Assembly (NCBI GenBank): GCA_037442105.1 | Contig: JBBIQV010000015.1 | Coordinates: forward strand, 1-57,366 | Length of the DNA stretch: 57,366 nucleotides | Source: Nitrospiraceae bacterium | Lineage (GTDB): Bacteria; Nitrospirota; Nitrospiria; Nitrospirales; Nitrospiraceae | Direction: 5' to 3' | Shown here: positions 47,621 through 57,366 of the stretch, piece after piece | Layout of the letters: every line of letters begins with the position of its first letter | Numbering within the stretch: position 1 is the stretch's first letter | Program-made: the position numbers and the translations under genes | The notes under the pieces: model-generated | Databases searched by the model: none | Seen by the model: the letters and a program-made list of their open reading frames with translations, nothing else | Told to the model about the DNA's origin: nothing

Positions 47621-48835
47621 GTGCGACGCATCCACGCCCTCTCCGAGACAGTGACGCAGATTCTTTCCGAGAAGCTTGGGCTTCAGTCGGTGTCCACACC
47701 CACGTCTCTTCCGTCGGCAATCTGTCAAGGTGTCGAGGCGCTCTCCAGATTATTTACGCGAGAGCGGGCCGGATTAGCTTCATCCTATCTGGAGGAGGCC
47801 TCCCTGCGCCGTGCTTACCTCAGCTACTATCTGCCTGTGAATGTGGCAAAGGTACAGGCCTTACTCGACGAAATTCGGCCGGAATTATTCGATGTTGATC
47901 CATCGCGGCCGCTCAACGTGTTGGACTTGGGAAGCGGGCCAGGCACGGCTGCACTGGGCCTACGCGATTGGGTGTGTAGGACGCCGGCTATGTCAACCAG
48001 ATCCGTGCACTGCGTCGTCGTGGATCGGTCGCCACAGGCTTTGCGAGAAGGTGAATGGCTCTGGAACGCTTACACCAGGCTGGTGAGTCTGAGAGCTGAT
48101 CGATTGGTCTTGTCCGACGGCGATCTTGAGCGAGTGGCACCATCGACGCTCGTCCGGGCCAGCGGAGGCGGCTCGTATGATGTCATTATCGCGGCCAATG
48201 TGTTGAGTGAACTCTTCCTCTCATCACGAGACCCAATTCAGCAACGCGCGGCGCTCGTTCGGGATTGTCTTGGAATCTTACGGGAGAATGGCTCGTTGAT
48301 CCTGATCGAACCGGCCCTTCGCGATGCGTCACGCGATCTGCACCGGGTGCGGGATTGGCTCCTCAAGGAGAAGATCTGCACCGTCTACAGCCCCTGTCTG
48401 CACGAACGGCCCTGTCCAGCCCTGGTGAAGGACGATGATTGGTGCCATGAAGACCGTCCCTGGTGTGCCCCTGTGCTGGTGCGAGCGATCGACGAACAAG
48501 TCGGATTCGTGAAAGACGCGCTCAAGTTCTCCTATCTCATTCTCCGAAAGGACGAGCGCACGATTATAGCGAGAGAGCCAAGCCTGTATCGCGTCGTGAG
48601 CGAGCTGCGTGAGATGAAGGGAGAAAAACGAGCGTGGTTGTGTCATGAGCAGGGTAGATCGGAAGTGGGCCGGCTCGACCGCCTGCGGTCCCCAGCGAAT
48701 GCCGCATTGGACCAATGGCACCGGGGCGCGATCGTGAGAGTCGAAGACATCGTCCGCAAAGACATTAAAGGTCGGCTCGCGATGGTTGGGAGGATTCCCG
48801 CCTCGGCGGCGGTCGAGGTCGTCAGGCCGGTGTGA
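47621..48835 (+). CDS. Rsm22-family SAM methyltransferase
   Basis: AYLSYYLP, VLDLGSGPGT, LILIEP, SPCLHERPCP..WCH, KFSYL. Confidence 0.88.
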   Translation: MRRIHALSETVTQILSEKLGLQSVSTPTSLPSAICQGVEALSRLFTRERAGLASSYLEEASLRRAYLSYYLPVNVAKVQALLDEIRPELFDVDPSRPLNVLDLGSGPGTAALGLRDWVCRTPAMSTRSVHCVVVDRSPQALREGEWLWNAYTRLVSLRADRLVLSDGDLERVAPSTLVRASGGGSYDVIIAANVLSELFLSSRDPIQQRAALVRDCLGILRENGSLILIEPALRDASRDLHRVRDWLLKEKICTVYSPCLHERPCPALVKDDDWCHEDRPWCAPVLVRAIDEQVGFVKDALKFSYLILRKDERTIIAREPSLYRVVSELREMKGEKRAWLCHEQGRSEVGRLDRLRSPANAALDQWHRGAIVRVEDIVRKDIKGRLAMVGRIPASAAVEVVRPV

Positions 48836-48841
48836 AGGGAC

Positions 48842-49036
48842 TTAATCCGCTTCCGGCTCGGAATTGCCGTGCCGGTGCGTGACCTTGTCTTCGTCGAACA
48901 GCTCGGCCATTTCGTCCGCAATCATGTCCCGGTCGTCGGGCACGGAGACAAGCGGGATTTCCTTCCGAGCCTTCGAGGCTGGTTTAGCCGGCGGGGGCGC
49001 CGATTCTTTGGACTGAGGATGTTCAGGAGCGACCAT
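48842..49036 (-). CDS. Small acidic hypothetical protein (64 aa)
   Basis: MVAPEH...; extended -10 TG-TATAGT lies 6 nt before the ATG. Confidence 0.55.
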   Translation of the reverse strand: MVAPEHPQSKESAPPPAKPASKARKEIPLVSVPDDRDMIADEMAELFDEDKVTHRHGNSEPEAD

Positions 49037-49069
49037 GCGGTGACTATACCATACAAGCGGAGGCATCGT

Positions 49070-49270
49070 CTTTGCCTCTTCGATCACGATGTCCACTTCG
49101 GCCCTGGAAGCCAGCCGCCAGTAGAGCATGTCCGGCCTGGGGCGAAGGCCTTCCCGCCAGGCCAGGAGATCGCTGACCACGAGGGTTTCTGGAAAGGGGC
49201 CGACCAGTCCACTTTTCTCCAAGATCCGTAGCGGTGTCGATGCCGGCTAGGTTTGCAAGAAGGCGTCTGA
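49070..49270 (-). pseudogene. Fragment of an AAA ATPase/DUF4143 gene
   Basis: LLANLAGID, then a frameshift, then ETLVVSDLLAW...LYWRLASRAEVDIVIE, matching the DUF4143 YWR...EVD motif. Confidence 0.65.
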
Positions 49271-49348
49271 CTTCTCGCTTCCTTGTTCCACTCAAGTTTG
49301 CCAGTGGCAGGATCATCTCAGTTGCGGTATTGTTACTCCCCTATGGCC

Positions 49349-49435
49349 AGGCTATGGGTATGAGGCGTGGGCGATAGGCATAAGTGGTATCAGGAATCTT
49401 CCCTCTGGCTACCAGCCTCGCGCCGCTCGCCTCCA
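49349..49435. repeat. Inverted heptamer arrays upstream of hisH
   Basis: GGCTATG GGTATGA GGCGTG GGCGATA GGCATA ... CCCTCTG GCTACCA GCCTCGC GCCGCTC GCCTCCA. Confidence 0.7.
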
Positions 49436-49445
49436 CGAAGCGGAT

Positions 49446-50078
49446 ATGATTGCGATTATCGACTACGGCATGGGCAACCTCTGTAGTGTGTTCAAGGCCT
49501 TCGAGGCGGTAGGGCACCAGGCGGTGGTGACGCGCGACCCGTGTGTGATCGGGAATGCGAGTCACGTCGTGTTGCCCGGCGTCGGAGCCTTTGGCGATTG
49601 CATGGCCAACTTGGACCGTTATGGGTTGATTGATTCTATCCGGCAAGCAATCGAGTCAGGGAAGCCATTCCTTGGCATCTGTCTGGGGCTCCAGCTTTTG
49701 TTCACCGAGAGCGAAGAGTTCGGGGTCCATGAGGGACTCGGCGTGATTCCGGGAAAAGTTCGGCGGTTTGCCTTCGAAATATCTGGGCGGAACGGGCAAA
49801 CCACGCTGAAGATTCCACATATGGGCTGGAATGAAATCGAAATCCTTCGGCCTGCTCCGATCTTCGAGGGAGTCAAGACCGGCACGCACTGCTATTTCGT
49901 ACACTCGTATTACGTCGAGCCGGTCGATCAGGACATTGTCGCCAGTGTGACCGACTACGGCGGGCGATTTGTGTCGAGCGTGTGGCGGGATAACGTTGTG
50001 GCCTGCCAGTTTCACCCGGAGAAAAGCCAGGCGGTGGGCTTGCGGCTGGTGAAGAATTTCGGGGATTGGCGTGTGTAA
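49446..50078 (+). CDS. hisH: Imidazole glycerol phosphate synthase glutaminase subunit
   Basis: DYGMGN, LPGVGAF, GICLG, PHMGWN, QFHPEKS. Confidence 0.97.
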   Translation: MIAIIDYGMGNLCSVFKAFEAVGHQAVVTRDPCVIGNASHVVLPGVGAFGDCMANLDRYGLIDSIRQAIESGKPFLGICLGLQLLFTESEEFGVHEGLGVIPGKVRRFAFEISGRNGQTTLKIPHMGWNEIEILRPAPIFEGVKTGTHCYFVHSYYVEPVDQDIVASVTDYGGRFVSSVWRDNVVACQFHPEKSQAVGLRLVKNFGDWRV

Positions 50079-50811
50079 CCATACGCCTCGCGCACTCGTA
50101 ATGTGTGTCCTTATGCCGGTGCTGCTGGCTGGCTGTAGTGGTGCAAAAGTCACGACCAAGGCCTCGTCGCAGTTGCAGAAATATCGTGTGCAGCGGATTG
50201 CCCTCCTCCCCTTCGAAGCGCTGGCGACGCCGCAGGCCGTGGAGGTGACGGGCATTGGACTCCAGGTGCCGGAAGGTGCGCAGCGCTCGAATATTTCGAT
50301 TGCCGTGCCGCCTGTCCACGAACAGGCGATTCGATCAACTATGACGGTTCCATCATTCGCGGCGGAGAAGGTCATGCAACTGGTCTTGAAACGCCTGCAG
50401 CCGAAGGCCGGGCTCGTGGTGCTATCGCCGGAAGAAAGCAGCCGGGCGTTGCGGGAGGTGGAAGGGCAAACTGCCGGTGCGACGCGCGAGGTCGTGGCAT
50501 CCAAAGTTGCCGCGCGGCTTTCAGTTGATGCCACCCTAGTGGGGCGTGTGTTGGTCTATCAAGAGCGAGTCGGGAGTCGGTTGGGTGCGAGTCCGCCGGC
50601 GACGGTGGGATTCGAAGTCAAGCTGATCGCGGCGGACGGGTTCCTGCTATGGGAAGGTAATTACTACGAGAGGCAGCGGCCGATGACAGAGGATCTGATG
50701 GGATTCTTCGCGCATGGGTTCGGGTTCGTCACCGCGGACGCGTTAGCCGCGTATGGGGCCGAGCAACTGGCTAAGGAATTTCCGTTCGGGCAATCGGGCG
50801 GGAGCCAATGA
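50071..50811 (+). CDS. Lipoprotein, hypothetical (CsgG/LpoB-like fold possible)
   Basis: Lipobox LAGC; RIALLPFE. Confidence 0.75.
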   Translation: MCNHTPRALVMCVLMPVLLAGCSGAKVTTKASSQLQKYRVQRIALLPFEALATPQAVEVTGIGLQVPEGAQRSNISIAVPPVHEQAIRSTMTVPSFAAEKVMQLVLKRLQPKAGLVVLSPEESSRALREVEGQTAGATREVVASKVAARLSVDATLVGRVLVYQERVGSRLGASPPATVGFEVKLIAADGFLLWEGNYYERQRPMTEDLMGFFAHGFGFVTADALAAYGAEQLAKEFPFGQSGGSQ

Positions 50812-50815
50812 TCGC

Positions 50816-51562
50816 ATGCTTGTGATTCCAGCCATTGATCTCAAGGACGGTCGCTGCGTGCGTCTCCGCCAGGGGGACATGTCGGCTGAGACGGTTTATT
50901 CCGAGGACGTGCCCTCGGTCGCCGGCCGGTGGCTGCAGCAAGGCGCCAGCCTGATTCATGTCGTGGACCTCAATGGCGCAGTGGATGGGGAGCCTCGGAA
51001 TCTCCGCGAGATTCAGTCGATCATCAAGACCGTCAGCGTCAAGGTGCAGGTCGGCGGGGGGATTCGCAGCATCGACACGGTGCGTCGCTACCTGACCGCC
51101 GGCGTCTCGCGTGTCGTGCTCGGCACGGCAGCGCTGACGGATCGCAGGTTGCTGATACAGGCCTGCACGGAATTTCCTCGCCGCATTCTCCTCGGACTTG
51201 ATGCCCGCGAGGGCACAGTGGCGGTGAAAGGTTGGACAGCGGTCTCGGACACGAAGGCGATCGACCTGCTGAAGGAACTCGCCGGGTATGACTTGGGTGC
51301 GGTGATCTATACGGATATCGCTCGCGATGGCATGTTGGAGGGGCCCAACATCGGCGCGTTGCGCGAAGTGGTGGAGCGGTCGTCGTTCCCGGTGATTGCG
51401 TCTGGGGGGATCACGCGGATAGAAGACCTGCGCGCGATTCGATCTCTCGGCCCCCGCATCGAAGGAGCCATCGTCGGCAAGGCGCTCTACGACGGCAAAC
51501 TGAGCCTGCCAGATGCTATGAAGGCGGCGTCGGGGCAGCAGGCTATAGGCCATGGGCTATAG
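50816..51562 (+). CDS. hisA: ProFAR isomerase
   Basis: [39 protein letters not shown]. Confidence 0.97.
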   Translation: MLVIPAIDLKDGRCVRLRQGDMSAETVYSEDVPSVAGRWLQQGASLIHVVDLNGAVDGEPRNLREIQSIIKTVSVKVQVGGGIRSIDTVRRYLTAGVSRVVLGTAALTDRRLLIQACTEFPRRILLGLDAREGTVAVKGWTAVSDTKAIDLLKELAGYDLGAVIYTDIARDGMLEGPNIGALREVVERSSFPVIASGGITRIEDLRAIRSLGPRIEGAIVGKALYDGKLSLPDAMKAASGQQAIGHGL

Positions 51563-51611
51563 GCGAGAGGAAACAGACAGCTTTCTTCCCTACTGCCTAC
51601 CTCGGGCCTAG
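51534..51611. repeat. Heptamer array overlapping the hisA 3' end, with a short inverted arm
   Basis: GGCAGCA GGCTATA GGCCATG GGCTATA GGCGAGA ... CCCTACT GCCTACC. Confidence 0.75.
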
Positions 51612-51627
51612 AGCGAGCGAAGCGAGC

Positions 51628-52421
<794 letters not shown>

Positions 52422-52422
<1 letters not shown>

Positions 52423-53105
52423 TGAGTCAGACGGGTGGTCAACTGGTCTTCAATGCAGACGGGCTGATTCCGGCAGTCGTGCAGGATTGGCGGGATGGGT
52501 CGGTGCTCATGTTGGGTTATATGAACGAGGAGGCCCTCGTGAAGACGATTGAGACCAAGTCCGTCCATTTCTGGAGCCGTTCCCGCAACAAACTGTGGGA
52601 AAAAGGGGAAACCTCCGGGCATAAGTTGCTCGTGAAGGATCTCTTTGTCGATTGCGATCGGGATACGATTCTGGTCAAAGCGGAACCAGTCGGACCGACG
52701 TGCCATACGGGAGCGCGCAGTTGCTTCTTTAGTCGACTAACGCCGTCGGGCACTGGTGATGCAGGGAAGACCGACGAGGCATTGGGAGGCATCCTGGAGC
52801 GGGTGTATCAGACCATCTTGAACCGGCGAGCCAACCCACAGCCCGGCTCATATGTGACCAAGCTCATGGAAGGGGGCGCCGATCGGATTCTGAAAAAAGT
52901 CGCGGAAGAAGCGGGGGAAGTACTCTTGGCGGCCAAAAACGGGAAGCGGGAAGAGATCGTTTACGAAGTAGCCGATTTGTTGTTCCACACCCTGGTTGTC
53001 TTGGGCTATCACGACATTTCCATTGCAGAGGTCTACCAGGAACTGGCCGGCCGCTTCGGAAAATCAGGGCTCCGTTCGGGTAAGTCCGAGGGAGGGACCA
53101 CGTGA
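52422..53105 (+). CDS. hisIE: Bifunctional PR-AMP cyclohydrolase/PR-ATP pyrophosphatase
   Basis: [37 protein letters not shown]. Confidence 0.96.
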
Positions 53106-53446
53106 GCAATTGCATCTTCTGCCGGATCGTGGAAGGGAAGATTCCTGCTAAAATCATCCATCAAGACCAGCAAACAGTCGCGTTTGAGGACATCAATCCC
53201 CAGGCGCCGGTGCATATTCTCGTCATTCCCAAGCGGCATATCGCGTCCATACAGGAATTAGGCGAGCAGGAGCGAGAGCTGCTCGGGCATGTGGTGTTGA
53301 CCTGTACCAAGATTGCAAAGGAGAAGGGGCTACCCGATACGGGATACCGCCTGGTCACCAACATCGGACGCGATGGGGGCCAAAGCGTCTTCCATCTCCA
53401 TTGGCACATCCTTGGGGGACGACCGATGGGGTGGCCGCCCGGCTGA
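53102..53446 (+). CDS. HIT (HinT-like) nucleotide-binding protein
   Basis: [20 protein letters not shown]. Confidence 0.95.
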   Translation: MSNCIFCRIVEGKIPAKIIHQDQQTVAFEDINPQAPVHILVIPKRHIASIQELGEQERELLGHVVLTCTKIAKEKGLPDTGYRLVTNIGRDGGQSVFHLHWHILGGRPMGWPPG

Positions 53447-53463
53447 CCGGCCAAGCCGCCACA

Positions 53464-53493
53464 TTGACAGAACTCCATACCGTTTGTTAATTT
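53464..53493 (+). promoter_or_regulatory. sigma70 promoter of dnaG-rpoD
   Basis: TTGACA-18-TAATTT. Confidence 0.55.
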
Positions 53494-53580
53494 GATCGAT
53501 CGATTTTCACAACCCTATACTCATTCCAGCTCCGCACCCGTGCGGGGGGATGGAGTGGAACGCCAGGAGCCAAGCCTGCC

Positions 53581-55419
53581 GTGGGCCGAGGCCTGATTTC
53601 CGACGAACTGATCAATCAGATCAGAGACCGGGTCGACATTGCTGAGATTGTCGGGCAACACGTCAGTTTGTCGAGGACGGGACAGAATTTGAAAGGACTG
53701 TGCCCCTTTCATCAGGAAAAAACCCCTTCCTTCACCGTCAGCCCCTCTCGCCAGATCTTTCACTGTTTCGGCTGTGGAGCCGGCGGCAACGTGTTTAGCT
53801 TTTTGATGAAAATAACCGGAGCTAGTTTTCCTGAAACTGTTCGCGATGTGGGGCGTCGAGTGGGCATCGAGGTGCCGGAAAGCAGCGGCGCGCCGGATCG
53901 CCAGGCAGGGGCGAGCGCCCGTCTTGAAGAAGTCAACGCTGCCGCTGCGGCATGGTACCGTCGCAATCTATTGGATCCGGTCACGGGGCAAGAGGCGCGG
54001 GACTATCTGATGCGGCGAGGCATCACTCAGGGCACGGCCGAAACCTATCGGCTCGGGTTCGCACCGGCAGAGTGGGAGGGATTGGTGAAGACGCTTGGAC
54101 GGGACGGCTATGGTGAAGCCGAGCTAGCTGCTGCCGGGCTCGTCGTAGCGCGTGATCAACACGTTCATGGCCGGCAGGGTTCGAGCGGTTCGTACGACCG
54201 GTTCCGTGGCCGGCTGATGTTTCCCATCGCCGATCTGCGGAAGCGCGTCGTAGGCTTCGGCGGGCGGGTGTTTGGAGACGAGCAGCCGAAGTATCTGAAT
54301 TCGCCCGATACCCCGCTCTTCAAGAAAGGTCAGACGTTGTTTGGCCTCGACCTGGCGCGCGAGACGACCACTCGGCTGAACCGGCTCATCGTGGTCGAGG
54401 GGTATTTCGATGTCATCGCGCTCCATCAAGCGGGCATCCTCAACGTGGCGGCGACGCTCGGCACGGCGTTGACCCCGGACCATGTTCAGGTGATACGGCG
54501 GTTTGCCTCGAAGGTGGTGCTGCTCTTCGACCCTGATCCGGCGGGTGTGCGCGCTGCGTTGCGTACGCTCGACCTTTTTGTGAACAGCGGTCTGGGGGTC
54601 GTGGTCGTGTCGCTTCCACAGGGCGACGATCCCGACACCTTCGTTCGCAAGCAGGGGGCTGAGGCGTTTGTGCGCTTGCAAGAAGCCGCTCCCAGCCTCC
54701 TTGACTTTGCGCTCGCGCAGAGTTTGAAAGAGGTGCAGGGGCAAACGGTCGAGGACAAGGTTCGCAGTGTGGACGAGGTGCTCCGTATTCTCCAAAAGAG
54801 TTCACATCCCATCGAGCGGGAAGAACGGATTCGGATTGTGGCGGAGCGGTTGGGCATCAGCCAGCAGCGACTGATCGATCGCTATCCCGCCCTGGTTTCG
54901 CAGGAACAGAAGCGGGGACCGAAACGCGAACCCGCTCCGGTGAACGACACGCGGTTGAAGGAAAGTCCGGAGGAGCGTGAACTGGTCCATTTGCTCTTGC
55001 ATGGCAAATTGTCTCCTGCCGATTTCCGCCGGCTGTCGCCGGCCACCTTCGTCCTTCCTGCCTGTCGGCGCATTGTGGAGGAGGCCGGCCGCCATCTCGA
55101 CCACGATGGGCGCGTGCAACTGCGGCCGTTGCTCGACGCAGTGGCCACGGATCCGGAGTGCGGTGCGCTGGTCACCGAACTGTCGCTGCTCGAACCGCAT
55201 TCTGATGACGTGCAGGAGCACATCCGCGGTTGTATCGAGACTTTGGATCGGAAACGGCGGGATCGCGTGTTGCGGGAGCTGATCGAAAAGCTGAAGGCGG
55301 CTGAACGGGAAGGGCGTGGCGAGGACGCCCGGCTGTTGAATATGCAAGTCAACGAACTACGGCAGAGAAAAGCTGGGGGCTTGGTGAGTCCCACGCTGGT
55401 CTCCGCGGCGAAGGAGTAG
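53581..55419 (+). CDS. dnaG: DNA primase
   Basis: [33 protein letters not shown]. Confidence 0.98.
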   Translation: MGRGLISDELINQIRDRVDIAEIVGQHVSLSRTGQNLKGLCPFHQEKTPSFTVSPSRQIFHCFGCGAGGNVFSFLMKITGASFPETVRDVGRRVGIEVPESSGAPDRQAGASARLEEVNAAAAAWYRRNLLDPVTGQEARDYLMRRGITQGTAETYRLGFAPAEWEGLVKTLGRDGYGEAELAAAGLVVARDQHVHGRQGSSGSYDRFRGRLMFPIADLRKRVVGFGGRVFGDEQPKYLNSPDTPLFKKGQTLFGLDLARETTTRLNRLIVVEGYFDVIALHQAGILNVAATLGTALTPDHVQVIRRFASKVVLLFDPDPAGVRAALRTLDLFVNSGLGVVVVSLPQGDDPDTFVRKQGAEAFVRLQEAAPSLLDFALAQSLKEVQGQTVEDKVRSVDEVLRILQKSSHPIEREERIRIVAERLGISQQRLIDRYPALVSQEQKRGPKREPAPVNDTRLKESPEERELVHLLLHGKLSPADFRRLSPATFVLPACRRIVEEAGRHLDHDGRVQLRPLLDAVATDPECGALVTELSLLEPHSDDVQEHIRGCIETLDRKRRDRVLRELIEKLKAAEREGRGEDARLLNMQVNELRQRKAGGLVSPTLVSAAKE

Positions 55420-55421
55420 GC

Positions 55422-57227
55422 ATGCCGAAACAAGAGTTGCTCGGCGAGGTCAAGAAACTGATTTCTCTCGGGAAGGAAAAAGGGTTCCTGACTTACGACG
55501 AGTTGAACAATACCCTGCCGGCGGAAGTGGTGGCGTCCGATCAGTTCGGGACCATCATGAGCATGTTCGGCGAAATGGACATCGAAATCGTCGATTCGCA
55601 GGAGGGAGAGCGGTACCAGAAATCGAACGAGAACGAAGAGGCGGCCGAGGAGGGCGAGGAAGGGGAGGCGCTCGAAGAGAGTGAAAAAGAGATCGATCTG
55701 ACTCCCGGCGCATTGAGTCGCACGGACGATCCCGTCCGCCTGTATCTGAAAGAAATGGGAAGCGTCGCGCTCCTGAGCCGTGAAGGCGAGATCGAGATCG
55801 CCAAGCGTATCGAGGAGGGCAAGAAAGACATCGCGTCGGTGGTCTACGGCATGCCGATGACCATCGAGTTCGTCCTTTCCCTGCGAGATCAACTCAAGAA
55901 CGGAAAAATCGACGTCCGGGAAATCGTGCCGGTAGTGGAGACGGAAGAAGAGTTCGATGAGGAACCGGTTGAACGGGATTATGAGGAGTTACGGGTCAAG
56001 ACCCTCGACGCCCTCAATGCGGTTCGAAAAGTGTCCACAGCGCTCATGGATCTCTATGTGAAGGGCCGCCAGCAGGGGGATGATCCGGCCAAACAGAAAA
56101 AATTCAAGAAACAAATCGAGGTGATTCGCCAGCAGGTCGTGGAGAAGATGGAGTCGGTCAACCTTCACGCTGTGCTGAAAGACCGCATGGTGCAACGAGT
56201 GCGCGACCTGGCGTTCCAGATTCGAACGGCTGAGCGGGAGGTGAGTGCCTGCCAGCGACGCCTTGGCATCGGCGGGGAAGCAGGGGCGTTGCTCTTGAAA
56301 AGATTGGGGCGGACCAGGACGGATTTTCTGGCGGTCAAGCGGCGGAGCGGTCTCTCCGAGGATTCGCTGCAAGAGATCAAGAAGACCTATCAGGCGGCCA
56401 AGGCGAAGATCCGCCAGCTCGAGACGGAAGAAGCGCTGGTGTCGGCCGACGAGATCAAGGATGCCGTCCGCCATCTCGACATAGCCGAAGAGAAAGTCAA
56501 ACGCGGGAAGGCGGAGCTGGTGGAAGCGAATCTCCGGCTGGTCGTCAGCATCGCCAAGAAGTATACGAACCGGGGTCTTCAATTTCTGGACTTGATTCAG
56601 GAAGGCAATATCGGCCTGATGAAAGCGGTTGATAAGTTTGAATACAAGCGCGGGTACAAGTTCAGCACCTACGCCACCTGGTGGATTCGTCAGGCTATCA
56701 CAAGAGCGATCGCCGATCAGGCCAGAACGATCCGCATTCCGGTGCATATGATCGAAACGATCAACAAGCTGATCAGGACCTCGCGGCATCTCGTGCAAAA
56801 GCTGGGGCGCGAACCGACTCCGGAGGAGATCGCGGAACGGATGGACTTGCCGCTGGATAAGGTACGCAAGATTCTGAAGATCGCCCGTGAACCTATCTCG
56901 CTGGAGACGCCGATCGGCGAGGAAGAGGACAGCCATCTGGGCGATTTCATCGAGGACAAGAAGGCGGTTTCGCCGCTCGAGGCGGCGATCCGGTACGATC
57001 TCCAGCGACAAATCAACAGCGCGCTGGAAACGTTGACGCCGCGGGAGGAGAAAGTCCTGCGGAAGCGATTCGGCATCGGCGAGGCCACCGACCATACGCT
57101 GGAAGAAGTCGGACAGGATTTCGAAGTCACCCGCGAGCGTATCCGGCAGATCGAAGCCAAGGCGCTCCGGAAGTTGCGTCATCCCAGCCGGAGCAAGAAA
57201 CTGCGGAGCTTTGTCGAGAGCTTGTGA
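55422..57227 (+). CDS. rpoD: Primary sigma factor sigma70
   Basis: Region 1.1, [36 protein letters not shown]. Confidence 0.98.
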   Translation: MPKQELLGEVKKLISLGKEKGFLTYDELNNTLPAEVVASDQFGTIMSMFGEMDIEIVDSQEGERYQKSNENEEAAEEGEEGEALEESEKEIDLTPGALSRTDDPVRLYLKEMGSVALLSREGEIEIAKRIEEGKKDIASVVYGMPMTIEFVLSLRDQLKNGKIDVREIVPVVETEEEFDEEPVERDYEELRVKTLDALNAVRKVSTALMDLYVKGRQQGDDPAKQKKFKKQIEVIRQQVVEKMESVNLHAVLKDRMVQRVRDLAFQIRTAEREVSACQRRLGIGGEAGALLLKRLGRTRTDFLAVKRRSGLSEDSLQEIKKTYQAAKAKIRQLETEEALVSADEIKDAVRHLDIAEEKVKRGKAELVEANLRLVVSIAKKYTNRGLQFLDLIQEGNIGLMKAVDKFEYKRGYKFSTYATWWIRQAITRAIADQARTIRIPVHMIETINKLIRTSRHLVQKLGREPTPEEIAERMDLPLDKVRKILKIAREPISLETPIGEEEDSHLGDFIEDKKAVSPLEAAIRYDLQRQINSALETLTPREEKVLRKRFGIGEATDHTLEEVGQDFEVTRERIRQIEAKALRKLRHPSRSKKLRSFVESL

Positions 57228-57246
57228 GGCCGAACCGGCACGGCAT

Positions 57247-57275
57247 TTGACTCCGTTCGGGTGGCATCCTAAAAT
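57247..57275 (+). promoter_or_regulatory. sigma70 promoter of the tRNA gene
   Basis: TTGACT-17-TAAAAT followed by a GC-rich discriminator. Confidence 0.75.
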
Positions 57276-57321
57276 CGGCCCGTGGCCGGCTGTTCGCGTT
57301 GCGTTTATCCAGCCACCGGCT

Positions 57322-57366
57322 GGGCCCATAGCTCAGGTGGTCAGAGCGGCTGACTCATAATCAGCT
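57322..57366 (+). tRNA. tRNA with CAU anticodon (probably Ile2/lysidine; elongator Met possible), truncated by the window end
   Basis: GGGCCCA TA GCTC..GAGC G GCTGA CTCATAA TCAGC. Lacks initiator features; position after rpoD parallels E. coli ileX. Confidence 0.88.

Noticed and set aside
48842..49222. 126-aa ORF as a single gene
   Set aside because: Chance in-frame join of a DUF4143 remnant and a separate small gene with its own -10 box.
53524..53560. Resemblance of the hairpin to a type I-E CRISPR repeat
   Set aside because: No repeat-spacer array and no cas genes anywhere in the window.
55989..57329. 446-aa minus-strand ORF, and similar long antisense ORFs over plsX, fabG, fabF, forB, hisA/F and dnaG
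   Set aside because: Shadow frames of conserved high-GC genes with no recognisable motifs.

Overview
A GC-rich bacterial chromosome segment, most consistent with Nitrospira/Nitrospiraceae. The evidence is a five-subunit 2-oxoglutarate:ferredoxin oxidoreductase operon of the rTCA cycle, a DUF3365 haem protein with two-component genes, and the general gene content. Positions 1-13.7 kb are an accessory mosaic. A minus-strand gene run is broken by two plus-strand cassettes and contains two damaged copies of one SAM methyltransferase, fragments of TfoX, MoaD/ThiS and an IS3-like transposase, two TetR regulators with visible operators, and a 705-aa secreted InlB-repeat/GH-like/CBM protein. Positions 14-57 kb are mostly core genes: a symporter, PBP1b, bactofilin, a two-component cluster, bolA-grxD, rpsF-ssb-rpsR, yceD-rpmF-plsX-fabHDG-acpP-fabF-rnc, folD-metF-panB, apaH, queF, forBCEDA, hisH/A/F/IE, HIT, dnaG-rpoD and the start of a tRNA(CAU). 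The most striking structure the genes do not explain is a dispersed family of about 15 degenerate 7-nt-period arrays. Each locus has its own unit sequence, but most share an arm-spacer-inverted-arm layout. They sit at gene junctions inside core operons, sometimes supply start or stop codons, and twice lie inside a TIR-bounded element that begins at a TAG stop codon. Other leads are an unannotated 24-aa hydrophobic peptide with a sigma54/IHF-like promoter, an in-frame repeat insertion in a DUF488 protein, and a motif shared by the rpsF and dnaG leaders. All family assignments come from motif recognition by eye; no searches were run.
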